From a virus (Duplodnaviria > Caudoviricetes): DNA of 46,401 nt. Location: the IMG/VR virus record IMGVR_UViG_3300025030_000180, positions 1 through 46,401 of that record, one strand, 5' to 3'. A program made the translations under genes and the position numbers. The notes under the pieces are model-generated. The model was not told where the DNA came from, searched no databases, and saw only the letters and a program-made list of their open reading frames with translations. Shown in pieces: positions 45,052 through 46,401 of this stretch. The first letter of the stretch is position 1. Every line of letters starts with the position of its first letter.

Positions 45052-45467
45052 TTTTCACCTCGTTAATTTTTTTTGGGCATAGTAGTCTTTTTGACCCTAA
45101 AAAGATTTAAGCTTAATCCTTTGATTTTAAAACCCAACGCACTGGGAAGCGGTGAGATTATCAGGAGCAGATTCGGTTTGCCAAAAGTGAAAACAATCCA
45201 GGGTTGCGAGCCCTCTTAATCTTTTTTTGAATTCCCTGTTTATCCGTTGGCCGTGACGCCCGGTCTAGGCGCTCGCCGCTTTTTCTGCACAGGCTACTTG
45301 TTGTAATGTGGGAAGAACGCTGAATAAGAACCCACAGACAGCAACACCTGACTTTGCACCCTGGAAGGAAAAAGAAAAAAAATGCTGCTGCCTGCGGGAA
45401 AACTTGTTGATTTGTTTGGTGGTAAAAAGGATGCCGTTCCAGGGTGCGTCCTTGCTTGTCTGCCTCC

Positions 45468-45495
45468 AATTTACTATATCTGCCGGTGGTGTCAA
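45468..45495 (-). promoter_or_regulatory. Candidate sigma70-like promoter upstream of erf and the cassette array
   Basis: TTGACA-16 bp-TAAATT on the minus strand. Confidence 0.4.
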
Positions 45496-45791
45496 GGATT
45501 ATCTATAAAAGGTCCTGCCGCCAACAGCCTGCGGACAGTGCAAACTTTTTCTTTGTTATATTGTTCTTTATTGTACAAATCAGCCAGCCATCGGGCCTCT
45601 TCTTCATTTGTGCATACGGTAAATCTCCACCCTCCTCCCCCGGAAGTGTGACAAATATTTTCTCCTCGTTTAACAATTATCCACAAATCGGCCTTTCGCT
45701 CCAGTGCAATAAATTCTTGGCACATTGTCAAAGGCCCGGCCTCGCATTCAAAATTGTATCTTTTTATCCTGTCTATCAATGTCTCGCCCAT
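45492..45791 (-). CDS. Hypothetical protein
   Basis: GGAG RBS; YNFECEAGPL..C.EF motif. Confidence 0.6.
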   Translation of the reverse strand: MGETLIDRIKRYNFECEAGPLTMCQEFIALERKADLWIIVKRGENICHTSGGGGWRFTVCTNEEEARWLADLYNKEQYNKEKVCTVRRLLAAGPFIDNP

Positions 45792-45833
45792 GATTTACTC
45801 CTAGATTGTTCGGGAATTCCGAATTTCAAAAAA

Positions 45834-46025
45834 TCAAATCTTGGCGTAATAAGCCAGCCCTTGCTCAAGATATTTTATCTCTTTCTTCAATTCTTGGCCC
45901 TCATCCTCGATCTTCCTATTTTCCACCCTCAACTTCCTGATCGTCTCGGCCATCGCCCCGACCTGCTCGTGGACGTTGGGCCGCTCGAACTCTTTTATGA
46001 TCTCGTGCCATTCTTGGTCCGGCAT
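45834..46025 (-). CDS. Hypothetical coiled-coil protein
   Basis: GGAGG RBS; heptad-like C-terminus. Confidence 0.6.
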   Translation of the reverse strand: MPDQEWHEIIKEFERPNVHEQVGAMAETIRKLRVENRKIEDEGQELKKEIKYLEQGLAYYAKI

Positions 46026-46050
46026 GTCGTCACCTCCAGGTTAAAATTTG

Positions 46051-46401
46051 TTAAAAAGTAACAGAAATGCCGAATTTACCGGCTATCGAAATAAATAATT
46101 TCTTTTCGAGCACGTACTGCAGGGCGTAATCGTTTCTCTTCACGGCCTCAAGACAGACGGCCTCGGTCTGCTCCTTGACGTACTGCAGGGCGTAACCGTC
46201 ACTCTTCACGGCCTCAAGACAGACGGCCTCGGTCTGCTCCTTGACGTACTGCAGGGCGTCACCGTTTCTCTTCACGGCCTCAAGACAGACGGCCTCGGTC
46301 TGCTCCTTGACGTACTGCAGGGCGTAACCGTTTCTCTTCACGGCCTCAAGACAGACGGCCTCGGTCTGCTCCTTGACGTACTGCAGGGCGTCACCGTTTC
46401 T
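46051..46401 (-). CDS. DUF4116-like repeat protein (5' end outside window)
   Basis: 22-aa repeats ALQYVKEQTEAVCLEAVKRNGY. Confidence 0.8.
   Translation of the reverse strand, partial: RNGDALQYVKEQTEAVCLEAVKRNGYALQYVKEQTEAVCLEAVKRNGDALQYVKEQTEAVCLEAVKSDGYALQYVKEQTEAVCLEAVKRNDYALQYVLEKKLFISIAGKFGISVTF
46112..46401. repeat. Near-identical 66-bp coding tandem repeat (at least 4.4 units)
   Basis: ACGTACTGCAGGGCGT unit starts at 46112, 46178, 46244, 46310 and 46376. Confidence 0.95.

Noticed and set aside
45133-45306. Fifth attC site on the minus strand (TTACAAC..AAGCGGCGAG / CTCACCGCTT..GTTGGGT)
   Set aside because: R''-to-L'' spacing is about twice too long, extrahelical bases are absent and no matching cassette core was found
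42046-45495. Ro60/TROVE-Y RNA module suggested by RtcB plus vWA
   Set aside because: The vWA protein is only ~200 aa with no TROVE domain, the two genes are in separate cassettes, and no tRNA-like or Y-RNA motif was recognised
1-46401. Diversity-generating retroelement, as in BPP-1-like podoviruses
   Set aside because: No reverse transcriptase ORF and no TR/VR pair differing at adenines was seen
46112-46401. CRISPR array
   Set aside because: Contiguous in-frame 66-bp coding repeats with no unique spacers
1-46401. Genome-wide TGA recoding to explain the UGA at 321-323
   Set aside because: Many genes end in TGA with ATGA overlaps to the next gene, so TGA is a normal stop
1-46401. Integrase/intI, attP, repressor, endolysin or tRNA genes
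   Set aside because: No tyrosine or serine recombinase, CI-like, lysin or cloverleaf signature recognised; they may lie outside the window, so lifestyle and host cannot be fixed from this sequence

Overview
The window is most of a ~46+ kb tailed dsDNA phage or prophage genome of podovirus type; both window ends cut through genes. The minus strand carries an early/replication block (DUF4116-like repeat protein, ERF, NinB, Ref-like nuclease, Lar-like protein, O-like initiator with iterons, DnaB-like helicase). After a short divergent plus-strand island comes a late block: TerS, P22-like TerL, portal, scaffold, N4-gp56-type major capsid, decoration, adaptor and nozzle proteins, ejection proteins and a 3796-aa polyvalent protein. 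I found no integrase, repressor, tape measure, endolysin, tRNA or reverse transcriptase. Three things stand out. (1) An integron-type array of four attC-bounded gene cassettes (ASCH-like, hypothetical, RtcB, vWA plus small membrane protein) sits between erf and ninB with no integrase, and every gene is reversed relative to its attC so that it reads with the phage early operon. (2) Four adjacent tail-fibre-type genes all have Sec signal peptides and are strongly enriched in N-D-S/T sequons, suggesting export and host N-glycosylation. (3) A small gene has an in-frame UGA at an apparent Cys position followed by a SECIS-like hairpin. Product calls come from motif recognition and synteny only; no searches were run.
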